A stretch of 64,000 bases of DNA from a virus: the IMG/VR virus record IMGVR_UViG_3300031159_000070, positions 1 to 64,000 of that record, one strand, 5' to 3'. The position numbers and the translations under genes were made by a program. Positions 9,086-17,156 of this stretch are shown in pieces (positions within the stretch are counted from its first letter, which is position 1; every line of letters starts with the position of its first letter). Under the pieces are notes generated by a model. The model was not told the origin of the DNA. It saw nothing but the letters and a program-made list of their open reading frames with translations, and did not search any database.

Positions 9086-9943
9086 TAATCCGACGTAGAC
9101 ATTCATTCTGTGAGCACCTTCGTTATGCCGCTGATGCCGAAAGCGCACAGTCCGGCCAATCAGATGTTCACGCTCTACCCACAGCCGGATGCGCTCACGA
9201 TGCTCGATGCCATGCTTGATCGTCAGCATTGTTTCAAACGATTGATGACGGAAAGCCACGACGATCGCTTCGGCTCGACCCATCGGCTGCGATCTTATGC
9301 CGTCGCGCTGAACTTCCTCGATAACGTCGATCAGCGTTCCGTAGGCGAGCTCCCATCTTTTCAGTTTGATCATGTGCTCGCGCATGCCGACGGTGCCGAA
9401 CTGGTAAGGCTCGCTCGGCGAGCGAAGGATCAGGCCGTCAAAGCCGCGCCCGACAGCAGTTCGCTCCAGCATCACAACCTGGCTGTAGGTCTGGCACAGC
9501 GTATGGCTTGCCACTTTCACGAACGGCAACTGCAGTTCCGCGACCTGCCGCTCTATCGCTGCCAATCGTTCCTCGAACGGTGCCGCGGCGATAGGCTCAG
9601 CAAACGTGTCGAACACCCAGTAGGTGAAGTCAGGCTCGCCCTCGCGTCGCATCAGGCCGCTCATGGCGCGGCCCCACACATCGCCCTCAGTGGCGCTGCC
9701 GATCGTGATCTCGCCGTCGAGCGCCGGCAGGCCGTTCAAGCTCTTGCGAACGTGATCGTTGATGATCGGCGTCATCATCTGACTTAACGGCTCGCCTGCA
9801 AAAATGAGGCAGCGAACCCCGTCGAGCTTTGCCGAGGCATAGATGGGGTATTTGAGCTTGCTGATCTTGGCAGCCGTTGTGGCGAGCATCGGCTCGAAAA
9901 TGGAGCTTCTGGCATGCGAAGTGAGTGCGAGAACGGCGCTCAT
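9077..9943 (-). CDS. ATP-dependent DNA ligase-like protein
   Basis: Motif I KLDGVR, III LDGEI, IIIa YWVFD, IV FDGLILR, V IKLK. Confidence 0.82.
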   Translation of the reverse strand: MSAVLALTSHARSSIFEPMLATTAAKISKLKYPIYASAKLDGVRCLIFAGEPLSQMMTPIINDHVRKSLNGLPALDGEITIGSATEGDVWGRAMSGLMRREGEPDFTYWVFDTFAEPIAAAPFEERLAAIERQVAELQLPFVKVASHTLCQTYSQVVMLERTAVGRGFDGLILRSPSEPYQFGTVGMREHMIKLKRWELAYGTLIDVIEEVQRDGIRSQPMGRAEAIVVAFRHQSFETMLTIKHGIEHRERIRLWVEREHLIGRTVRFRHQRHNEGAHRMNVYVGLVE

Positions 9944-10431
9944 GATGCTCTCCGGAATTGTCTCTTGGGTGGCGCCGACTGCGTGATCACTGGCTCGTAG
10001 CAGATGACATCGAGGCCTCGCACCGAGCCGAGCTGCTGCTCGAACTCCCTGCGGACCTCGCTCCAGCTCAGCTCACCGTGGCCACAGCCGACGGCAGGAA
10101 AGGCAACGATCTGAAGCCCGGCACGCTGCAGGATCACGGCCGACATCGACAGGCCGAAGCGGATCCACGAGATGAGACTGGGCTGACGCCAATCGTCTTT
10201 GGTGGCGAAGTGCAGGACGTGATGCCCGCGCTCCGGCCCGGTCAACATGACGAGGCCTGGCCGCATCAGCCCTTCCTTGCAAGCCTTCTGGTATTCGTCA
10301 GAGCACTGCGGAAACAGCTTCTTGAACTCTTTGGCAAGGCCCGCACCCATCACGCCCTGACAGTTGACCGGATTGACGAGGCATTGCGCGTCGGCTTCGA
10401 AGATGTTCCCTGATGTGTAGCGAATCGGCAT
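9940..10431 (-). CDS. Macrodomain protein (DarG-like ADP-ribosylglycohydrolase)
   Basis: GNIFEADAQCLVNPVNCQGVMGAGLAKEFK, FATKDDWRQPS, AFPAVGCGHG. Confidence 0.88.
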   Translation of the reverse strand: MPIRYTSGNIFEADAQCLVNPVNCQGVMGAGLAKEFKKLFPQCSDEYQKACKEGLMRPGLVMLTGPERGHHVLHFATKDDWRQPSLISWIRFGLSMSAVILQRAGLQIVAFPAVGCGHGELSWSEVRREFEQQLGSVRGLDVICYEPVITQSAPPKRQFRRAS

Positions 10432-10445
10432 GAATTTCTTTTATG

Positions 10446-10462
10446 GTCTAGCGACACTAGAC
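10446..10462. promoter_or_regulatory. 17-bp operator-like site with perfectly palindromic arms
   Basis: GTCTAG-CGACA-CTAGAC upstream of the macrodomain gene. Confidence 0.75.
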
Positions 10463-10499
10463 GCAATACGCGCACGCATTCAATGGACGGGAGCGATGC

Positions 10500-10901
10500 T
10501 TAGCTGCACCACCCCTTGCGCTTGGTGCGGCCGTCGTATCGGCGCGCGTAACCTTCACCGACCATGATGTCGGCGATATCGCGGCCGTTGATCATCAGCC
10601 GTGCGAGACCTCGCCCGTAGCGATCTTTCCGGCGCCAGTTGACGAGAAGACGCACATTCTCAGACGTCGAGATCAGTTCCTGCAGCCGCTCCTTGGCCTT
10701 GAGGCCCAGCATGCGCTCCGCAGGACACTTGGCGAAGATGGTTTCCGGCGTGTCGTAGCCGAGTAGGCGATAGGTGACCGTCCCTGCCCGCACGGTGTCG
10801 CCGTCAACTGCCGTCAGGGTGCGCGACGGTAGATCAGCACTTGCCGACACCGTCAGGCTCACCAGAATCAGGCTGAGACTCAGCAGCTTCGTCTTCCACA
10901 T
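10500..10901 (-). CDS. Thermonuclease (SNase family) with signal peptide
   Basis: VDGDT, RLLGYDTPE, DRYGRGLA. Confidence 0.9.
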   Translation of the reverse strand: MWKTKLLSLSLILVSLTVSASADLPSRTLTAVDGDTVRAGTVTYRLLGYDTPETIFAKCPAERMLGLKAKERLQELISTSENVRLLVNWRRKDRYGRGLARLMINGRDIADIMVGEGYARRYDGRTKRKGWCS

Positions 10902-11268
10902 CGTCGTCTCCCCCGAGGACGTGTTTCGCGACCTCAACGGAGATCGCGGACAAAATACTCTCGTTGATCATTTTCAAAACCATCGTCCAGGCGAGAACCG
11001 CTTCGTCCCGTGGCACCGCATTTATGGACATCGTCAGCGCGAGCGATGTCGATATGCTGGCGATGTGTTGCAACATCGTTCCGATTGAAATGTCTGTCTG
11101 TTGGCGCTCGTGAAGCCATCCGATCGCGATAGGCATCAGCTTGCGCATGAGCTCGGTAACGTCCTTGACCCGCGGATCGTCGTGGTTAAGCAGGTCGGAC
11201 AAAACCTCATCAAGATTGCCGAAGTCCGTGTTGACCAATCTCTCTTCCGCGATACCAATGCTCGCCAT
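10834..11268 (-). CDS. Hypothetical helical protein (paralog of 11305-11661)
   Basis: Shares DxPR..K.MP...W pattern with its neighbour. Confidence 0.55.
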   Translation of the reverse strand: MASIGIAEERLVNTDFGNLDEVLSDLLNHDDPRVKDVTELMRKLMPIAIGWLHERQQTDISIGTMLQHIASISTSLALTMSINAVPRDEAVLAWTMVLKMINESILSAISVEVAKHVLGGDDDVEDEAAESQPDSGEPDGVGKC

Positions 11269-11304
11269 TTTAGTCAGCCATCTGTTGTTCAGGAAATTTG
11301 CAGA

Positions 11305-11661
11305 TCAGTTGAGATTCCCGGCGGGTCCAGGCTCACCATAGTTCTGCGCGATTCTGCTGAGTATGGTGGCGAGCTCCTGCGCCACATCCTTGATTGCAAT
11401 CTCAACCTGATGCGATGGTAGCGTGCTCAGGGCGATGCTGAGAATGATCGCGATGGCGATATTCATGGCATGAACCAGAATCGCATTCGCGCTGATGCTC
11501 TCGTCATCCATCAACCGCAAGTGCCATTGCATGATCTCTGGCATGATCTTGGCCAGGATCATGCCGAGCTCCCTCTCGCGCGGATTATCGCTTTTTTCCA
11601 TTTCCTCCAGCGTTTTACGGAAGTCGTCCATGCTGTTGCATTGTTTCAGCCAGACAATCAC
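11305..11661 (-). CDS. Hypothetical helical protein
   Basis: GTGA overlap with the upstream HNH gene; paralog of 10834-11268. Confidence 0.55.
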   Translation of the reverse strand: MIVWLKQCNSMDDFRKTLEEMEKSDNPRERELGMILAKIMPEIMQWHLRLMDDESISANAILVHAMNIAIAIILSIALSTLPSHQVEIAIKDVAQELATILSRIAQNYGEPGPAGNLN

Positions 11662-12164
11662 CGGTTGCCCCTTTCTTCTCTGCGCAGCCGTGCCGCGCGG
11701 CTCGTCGGAAACGGCCGCTTCGGCCAGCGCCATTTCTTGCGTTCCTTCTTCGGCACCTCGATCTCGAACTCGTCCGTGAGGTCGCCCGACGATCCAACGA
11801 GACCTGTTTTCTTCAGCATCTTGAGCTGATGCTCTTGGTGCGCCTCGCGCAGCCGCCGGCCGCGGTGAAACTCGTGGATGTCGGAGCCTCTTCTCATCGC
11901 GCGGCCGGCGCCATAGGTCTTGCGGGCATGACATTCCTTGCGCAGAGCCATGATGTACTCAGGGTCATTGGCCGGCGGTATGGTGTCCTCTTCCTTGTCA
12001 GACCACGGCCGCAGGGCGAGCGCCGGGTTGTGGTCGAACTGGGTATCCTTCCAGTGCTGCAGCTTTTGTCCGCAGCCGCAGCCACATTTGCCTTCCTGGC
12101 GAATGAGCACCTGGCCCTTCACCGACATCGGGATGGACGGGCGATATTTCTCAGGCCTCGGCAT
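11658..12164 (-). CDS. HNH-type nuclease
   Basis: CGCGCG..QFDHNPALALR..LRKECHARKT. Confidence 0.7.
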   Translation of the reverse strand: MPRPEKYRPSIPMSVKGQVLIRQEGKCGCGCGQKLQHWKDTQFDHNPALALRPWSDKEEDTIPPANDPEYIMALRKECHARKTYGAGRAMRRGSDIHEFHRGRRLREAHQEHQLKMLKKTGLVGSSGDLTDEFEIEVPKKERKKWRWPKRPFPTSRAARLRREERGNR

Positions 12165-12375
12165 TTCGCACCAACCTCTCACGCGCTCGGTTCACCAGCG
12201 GATCGATGAAATCGGGTCGCAGCGAATAGATCACACCGTCTTCCAGACCCTCGAACCGGGGTTCGCCGGCGAGATCGCACAGCCTGTCGATATTGTCCTT
12301 TACGAAACCGGCACGCGGCGTCCGGCAATGAATCTCGAAATAGTCGAGCCACTCCTCGTCGCTCATTACGGACAT
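12151..12375 (-). CDS. Hypothetical protein
   Basis: Small co-oriented ORF. Confidence 0.45.
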   Translation of the reverse strand: MSVMSDEEWLDYFEIHCRTPRAGFVKDNIDRLCDLAGEPRFEGLEDGVIYSLRPDFIDPLVNRARERLVRNAEA

Positions 12376-12391
12376 GCGCGCCCTCTCGATC

Positions 12392-13474
12392 TCACGCCCC
12401 GGCCTGCTCGCGTTGGCGCAGCTGCTCTGCCCGGGCGATGCGCTTGTTCGTGGCCTTCCAGGCGATTCTGGCGCGCTCGCGGTCCTCTTTGGTTTTGAGC
12501 TGCGACTTGAACTTCTTCGCCACCTGCATCGCCTCGTCCTTGGTCTCGCACTGCGAGAGCTCATCGCGCAGCTCAGCGATGACGTCGATCGAGCTCTCGC
12601 TGGCGAATGGATCCTCGTCTGCGTCGGATGCTTCGTCATGCTCAGGCTCGAGATCATCCGCCGCAACCTCTTCCTCGACCAGCTCATCCGGGGCGGCGAG
12701 CACGCGGATGTTGCCTTCCTCGTCGATATCGTCGAGCGTGATGTCGCTCATCTCCGACCGCGACGGAGTGATATCGGTCGCGCGGCCCTCAAGGAGCACA
12801 TAGTCGTCATCGGCATTGACGAGGCGAATGAAATCCTCATCCATCGTCGGCACGTTTTTCGCCGCGCGCCGGATGGCCGTCTTGATCGCCATCTGGTCGT
12901 ACCATTGCGTCCAGGCCGTGCTGGTCTTTGCTCGTGAGACGCTGCGGATCTTCTCGATCTCTTCGCGCGGCAGCACCGCGCGGCTCAGCGCCACGCCGCG
13001 CGCATCCTTGATGATGCAATAGGCAGCCGTCACCTTGCCGCGCGCGCCCGCAACTTTCGGCTTGTGATAGATGCGCGGATCATCGCCGAGCATGACGCTG
13101 AAGTCGTCGGCCTCGTAAACCGCCTCGCATTCGATCGAATAAGCCTTTGTCAGCTGGCGCAGACGCTTCAGGATCCCCTGTACCATCGGCAGGTATTGCG
13201 CGATTAGCTTTTTCGTTTCCGTGTCGCGAAACGGCACGATCGCGGCCTCGCGTCCGTCTGGCATGAGACCGTCGCGCGCGCATTTGAGCAGCGCGTCGTA
13301 CAGCGAGAGCCGATCAGCCTCCAGCAGCTTCGGGTTCTTCTGCAGGTAAATTTGCGTCGCGGCCAGGAAGCGCGGTTGCTTCATGGTGGTCGGCAACAGC
13401 TCTTTCACGCGCGGCTCGTACTCGGCCACGAACGCTTCGAAGAATTGCTGTGGAGTGACGAGTTGCGTCTTCAC
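12392..13474 (-). CDS. recT: RecT-family single-strand annealing protein
   Basis: CARDGLMPDGREAAIVPF, VYEADDF, W..WYDQMAIKTAIRRAAK; probable GTG start at 13474 with GAGGT RBS. Confidence 0.9.
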   Translation of the reverse strand: MKTQLVTPQQFFEAFVAEYEPRVKELLPTTMKQPRFLAATQIYLQKNPKLLEADRLSLYDALLKCARDGLMPDGREAAIVPFRDTETKKLIAQYLPMVQGILKRLRQLTKAYSIECEAVYEADDFSVMLGDDPRIYHKPKVAGARGKVTAAYCIIKDARGVALSRAVLPREEIEKIRSVSRAKTSTAWTQWYDQMAIKTAIRRAAKNVPTMDEDFIRLVNADDDYVLLEGRATDITPSRSEMSDITLDDIDEEGNIRVLAAPDELVEEEVAADDLEPEHDEASDADEDPFASESSIDVIAELRDELSQCETKDEAMQVAKKFKSQLKTKEDRERARIAWKATNKRIARAEQLRQREQAGA

Positions 13475-13632
13475 GGCTTTACCTCTGAGCGTGTCCGCTC
13501 TCGAGTCCATTTCGGTTTTTTGATTCTGCCAGCCGGATATCCATTGATTGCGAGTAGGGCTCTGACATCTCCGAACTCGCTAATTTCATAGATACCCTCG
13601 TAACCCGGCACCGGTCGCCACTGTATGCTCAT
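13471..13632 (-). pseudogene. Truncated NUMOD4 homing-endonuclease remnant (53 aa)
   Basis: MSIQWRPVPGYEGIYEISEFGDVR is a NUMOD4 motif; no HNH domain follows; overlaps the recE stop and recT start. Confidence 0.7.
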
Positions 13633-14753
13633 GTCGCCATCCATGATGGTAGATCTGATCCCGTGATAAGCTCGATTGGTTCATCGAGGATCCACATATC
13701 TGTGCCAAATTTCGCGAGGTTCTCGCGATAGCGATCGAGGGCCGCAAGGCGATGCTGTAGCGCCAAATCGAATGCACCATCTTGGCTAGAAAACTCATAG
13801 CCTTTTGCAATGGGCGCCCCAGTTTTACTGTAGAACACCCATATCCAAGTGTAACCATTTGCGGTATCGGATGCCTCGTTCTGCGGTCGCACTTTCGCGA
13901 ACGCCTTCAGCCACTTCTGCGGTGGTGTCTTTTCCTCTGTTCCGAACACCTTGCCTTCCTCGGCGAAGCGGCGCGCCATCTCGCGGCCGACCTGATAGTG
14001 CGCGGCCTGGATATCGTAGCGATAGTTCGCGATCGCGCTGCGAACGGCGTGATCGAACGCCTTCTGCATGGGATTGACGATGGACTTGAGATCGACCGTC
14101 TCAAGCAACCGCAGGTAGTCGATCCGCGCTTTGCACGGCACGCCATCCTCGCGCCAGAAGATCGACACCTCCGGATAGCCGCCGGTGAAGCTCTTGGCGA
14201 TTGACGGGTTTTTGACGATCATCTGTGCCGAGAGCACGATCTCGCGCCACACGTCAGGCTTGAGCAGAGTCTGGCCCGACGCGAGCGCATCGGCGATGAG
14301 GTCATCCCAGAACAGGGTGCCGGGTGCTGCCGCTCTCAGCCGCTCCATCAGCTCTTCCTTCTTGCCGGTGAGCGGCCCGATGCCGAGCTCTCGCATCCTG
14401 GCCTTGATGTCGTCGATCGTCTTGAGCGCGTTGGGATAGTCCTCGATCTGAGGCATCTGGGCATAGGCAGACTGAAACGCTTCCTCGCCCTCGAGCACGA
14501 ACTTGTGGAAGGCGCTGCCCCACACGAGCGCGTCCGCGTCGCGCGGCTTGCGCAGCGGGTTCATCCAGCTCTCCCACCAGTAATAGGGCGCGCCCGCAAA
14601 AAGCCGGATCACGTCATGCGATCCGAGCGATGGGTCGGCATGGTAGACGTCTTCAGGCAGCCCGAAGTAAACTCCCTCCGGCATCGGCTCGCGAGTGCCA
14701 TCTTCCTGCCGGGGGGCCTCGCTCATGTCGTTCATGATGAGCCCTTTGGTCAC
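13629..14753 (-). CDS. RecE/exonuclease VIII-like PD-(D/E)XK nuclease with SAP-like insertion
   Basis: YHADPSLGS, WGSAFH, PEVSIFW, CKARIDYL, VDLKS, YDIQAAHY. Confidence 0.85.
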   Translation of the reverse strand: MTKGLIMNDMSEAPRQEDGTREPMPEGVYFGLPEDVYHADPSLGSHDVIRLFAGAPYYWWESWMNPLRKPRDADALVWGSAFHKFVLEGEEAFQSAYAQMPQIEDYPNALKTIDDIKARMRELGIGPLTGKKEELMERLRAAAPGTLFWDDLIADALASGQTLLKPDVWREIVLSAQMIVKNPSIAKSFTGGYPEVSIFWREDGVPCKARIDYLRLLETVDLKSIVNPMQKAFDHAVRSAIANYRYDIQAAHYQVGREMARRFAEEGKVFGTEEKTPPQKWLKAFAKVRPQNEASDTANGYTWIWVFYSKTGAPIAKGYEFSSQDGAFDLALQHRLAALDRYRENLAKFGTDMWILDEPIELITGSDLPSWMAT

Positions 14754-14794
14754 GATCTTGTCGAGGAAGCATCATGCTACGAGACTCGATGACC

Positions 14795-14811
14795 GTCAAG
14801 GCACACTAGAC
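14795..14811. promoter_or_regulatory. 17-bp operator-like site on the leftward (recE) promoter
   Basis: GTCAAG-GCACA-CTAGAC; minus strand TTGACG-17-CATGAT. Confidence 0.72.
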
Positions 14812-14820
14812 TAATCGCAC

Positions 14821-14854
14821 AAGACAAAGCCGTCGTGCAGATCCGCACGACGGC
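14821..14854 (-). terminator. Terminator after the repressor gene
   Basis: GCCGTCGTGC/GCACGACGGC stem followed by TTTGTCTT on the minus strand. Confidence 0.65.
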
Positions 14855-14877
14855 CTGATGATTTTAGCGGCGATGGA

Positions 14878-15543
14878 TCATCGGCTGCCGATGATGACGT
14901 GCTCGATCATCGTCCCGAGAAACACCGGCTGATGTGCGAGCGTCACCAACTTCGGTTCGAAGAAACGGTTGTCAAACTCCAGCGTGAAGGGCGGCTGGCC
15001 GGCACGGGATTCAGGAGATGGCTTGTAGCGGCCGAATTTTATTTCCTGAGAGGAAAGAAGCGCGACCAGGATGCAATCACCGGGCTCTGGTATGCGCTCA
15101 GGATCGACAACGACGATGTGCCCGACCTCGAAGCGCGGCTCCATGGCCCGATCGAAGACATCGAAGCATAAAGCACGCGCAGAAACAGGCGATTGGGTAT
15201 AGCGGACCTTGTTTATGTCCTCCAGGTTCTTGCGCCCGGTCGCGACGTCGAGGATTTCTCCCGGATCGAGGTTCGGCACGGCAGTACCCTCCTGCAACTG
15301 CAACTTCACATTGCTTTCGCCAGACCCGATGCCGGTCAACAGCCACGTCACGTCGACGCCAACGATCTTCGCCACCTTGACCACATCGAACACTGTGATC
15401 TCCGAACGGCCGGTCTCCCAGTGGCTGACCAGCTGTTTCGACACGTCCATCAACCGGGCAATTTCTTGCTGGCTAATCTTCGCGTCCGTTCGCGCCTTGC
15501 GTAGCCTCTGCCCGAATTTAGTCCTCTGGTCTGACCTAGCCAT
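14878..15543 (-). CDS. CI-like repressor (XRE HTH plus S24-like domain)
   Basis: ISQQEIARLMDVSKQLVSHWETG..WLLTG; MEPRF..GHIVVVDP..PGD; divergent from a Cro-like gene. Confidence 0.88.
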   Translation of the reverse strand: MARSDQRTKFGQRLRKARTDAKISQQEIARLMDVSKQLVSHWETGRSEITVFDVVKVAKIVGVDVTWLLTGIGSGESNVKLQLQEGTAVPNLDPGEILDVATGRKNLEDINKVRYTQSPVSARALCFDVFDRAMEPRFEVGHIVVVDPERIPEPGDCILVALLSSQEIKFGRYKPSPESRAGQPPFTLEFDNRFFEPKLVTLAHQPVFLGTMIEHVIIGSR

Positions 15544-15580
15544 CTAACACCCCTGAATTAACGCTGCAGGCTGGTGCGCC

Positions 15581-15597
15581 GTCAAGCTCCACTCGAC
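15581..15597. promoter_or_regulatory. Operator-like palindrome in the cI/cro switch
   Basis: GTCAAG-CTCCA-CTCGAC; halves overlap back-to-back -35 boxes (plus TCGACT-17-TATATT; minus TTGACG). Confidence 0.65.
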
Positions 15598-15630
15598 TTT
15601 TTGAACAAGTGTGGTTATATTCCCGGCGCT

Positions 15631-15906
15631 ATGGGAACGAATGTTAAGCGTGCAAGGGACCCTGCTCTGGCGCAGGCAATCGCGAACATCGGCGGCGAAG
15701 CCGAGACGGCGCGGCGCATGGGTGTGTCCAAGCAGGCCGTGTGGTGGTGGTATCGGTGCCCGTCCCACCATGTCAAAGACATGGAGCGGGAATCCGGTGT
15801 GCCGCGCTGGCTTCTGCGTCCCGATCTGTTTGATCCTCCCGACTTCGAGCAGGAACATGATGCGTTCGATTCATCGTTAACCGATCCCCTGAAGGCGTCC
15901 GGCTAG
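15631..15906 (+). CDS. Cro/YdaS-like regulator
   Basis: AIANIGGEAETARRMGVSKQAVWWW..SGVPRWLLRPDLF. Confidence 0.85.
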   Translation: MGTNVKRARDPALAQAIANIGGEAETARRMGVSKQAVWWWYRCPSHHVKDMERESGVPRWLLRPDLFDPPDFEQEHDAFDSSLTDPLKASG

Positions 15907-16022
15907 TGTCTTGATGCGTCAAGACGGCGTACGAGAGTCATACCCTATCAAACCGGAATAGTCAGTGCTCGTGCAGTTACGCGCGTAGAATTTTTTCTTG
16001 ACCTCAAGGCGCGAGGGCTCTC

Positions 16023-16739
16023 GTGGCACAAGACAAGCTAGAACGCAAGGCTATCCATAGGGTTAACGGCTCAAACTCATGCGAAGCTGTCACTGGCGCA
16101 GCGTCGAGCTGGTCACCGTGGAATGAGGAGCGCACCAACAAGCTCATCGCGCTTTGGAACGCCGGCAAGTCCACTGACGCGTGTGCCGAAGCGCTTCGTG
16201 TCAGCAGGTCTGCCATCATCGGCAAGCTCAGTCGTCTACGTCGCGCCGGGGTGACGCTGCGGCCGACGCACGAGCGCGTCATCGTTGACGGAAAGCTGGT
16301 CGACGCGCGCGTGGCCCATGCCAAGGCGACGCTGCGCAAGAAACAGCGCCAGAAGGGCGAAGTCGCGCCGGCCAGAAAACCACGGCGGATCGTGCCAGAC
16401 CTTCCGAAGATCGAGAGCAAGCCGTGTCCGCCAAAGCCAGCGCGCCGAGATTCCCAGGCGCCGCGCGAGCGGATCGATCTCGATATGGTACTGTCGGAGG
16501 ATACCAGCGATCTCATTTTCGATGTGATCGAGCTCGAGCCTCACCACTGCCGCTGGGTCGTCGGCGATCCCGCTCTTGGCGTTGGTCACTTTGGATGGTG
16601 TAAGCGCCCTAAGGTCCCCGGGGGGCGCTGGTGCAAGGTTCACCAGAACGTCGTGGATCGTGCCTGGCGCCATGGGGATGAAGCCGCCGCTGATGATGAG
16701 GTCTCGTCTGCAGAGGTTCCGGAGCTCGAGCAGGTGTGA
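16023..16739 (+). CDS. GcrA-like cell-cycle regulator
   Basis: WNEERTNKLIALWNAGKS..SRSAIIGKLSRL; ELEPHHCRWVVGDP..WC..WCKVH. Confidence 0.85.
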   Translation: MAQDKLERKAIHRVNGSNSCEAVTGAASSWSPWNEERTNKLIALWNAGKSTDACAEALRVSRSAIIGKLSRLRRAGVTLRPTHERVIVDGKLVDARVAHAKATLRKKQRQKGEVAPARKPRRIVPDLPKIESKPCPPKPARRDSQAPRERIDLDMVLSEDTSDLIFDVIELEPHHCRWVVGDPALGVGHFGWCKRPKVPGGRWCKVHQNVVDRAWRHGDEAAADDEVSSAEVPELEQV

Positions 16740-17095
16740 TGGTGGGTCAGCGTCTTATCGCTGACGCGGTGCTGCCCAGACCACCGCTTTCGGTGCTCGA
16801 TCCGGCCGGCGATGTCGAGGCTTGGCGGTGCTGGAGTTTCGACGTGTTGCTGGCGCTGGCGCTTGCCGGCGCGCAGCGAACCTCTGGACCAGTACGCGTA
16901 ACCGTTGGCCTCCCCCAGTCGGGTACGCCTCAGAAGAACAAGCTGATCGTGAACGCCATCATGGCGCTGCTGGTCGGCGAAAGGATCGTCGAAAGCAAAG
17001 AGAGTGTCGTTGACGTGTGCGTGCGTCTGGTCGCTGACCAAGGTCTGCGGCTGGATCTTACGAGATGCGAGCTGAGGGAGCAGAGCGAGGAGTAA
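16739..17095 (+). CDS. Hypothetical protein, possibly degenerate RusA-like fold
   Basis: GPVRVTV..AIMALLV..IVE..VVDV resembles RusA, but the DxDN and DD catalytic motifs are absent. Confidence 0.4.
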   Translation: MVGQRLIADAVLPRPPLSVLDPAGDVEAWRCWSFDVLLALALAGAQRTSGPVRVTVGLPQSGTPQKNKLIVNAIMALLVGERIVESKESVVDVCVRLVADQGLRLDLTRCELREQSEE

Positions 17096-17156
17096 GCCAA
17101 AGGTCTCGTGTGGCGCCGGCGAACGCTGCAACGGGCCCAGTTCTGGAGCACGCAAA

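Noticed and set aside
16739-17095. Functional RusA resolvase
   Set aside because: Catalytic Asp motifs are absent; only a fold-level resemblance
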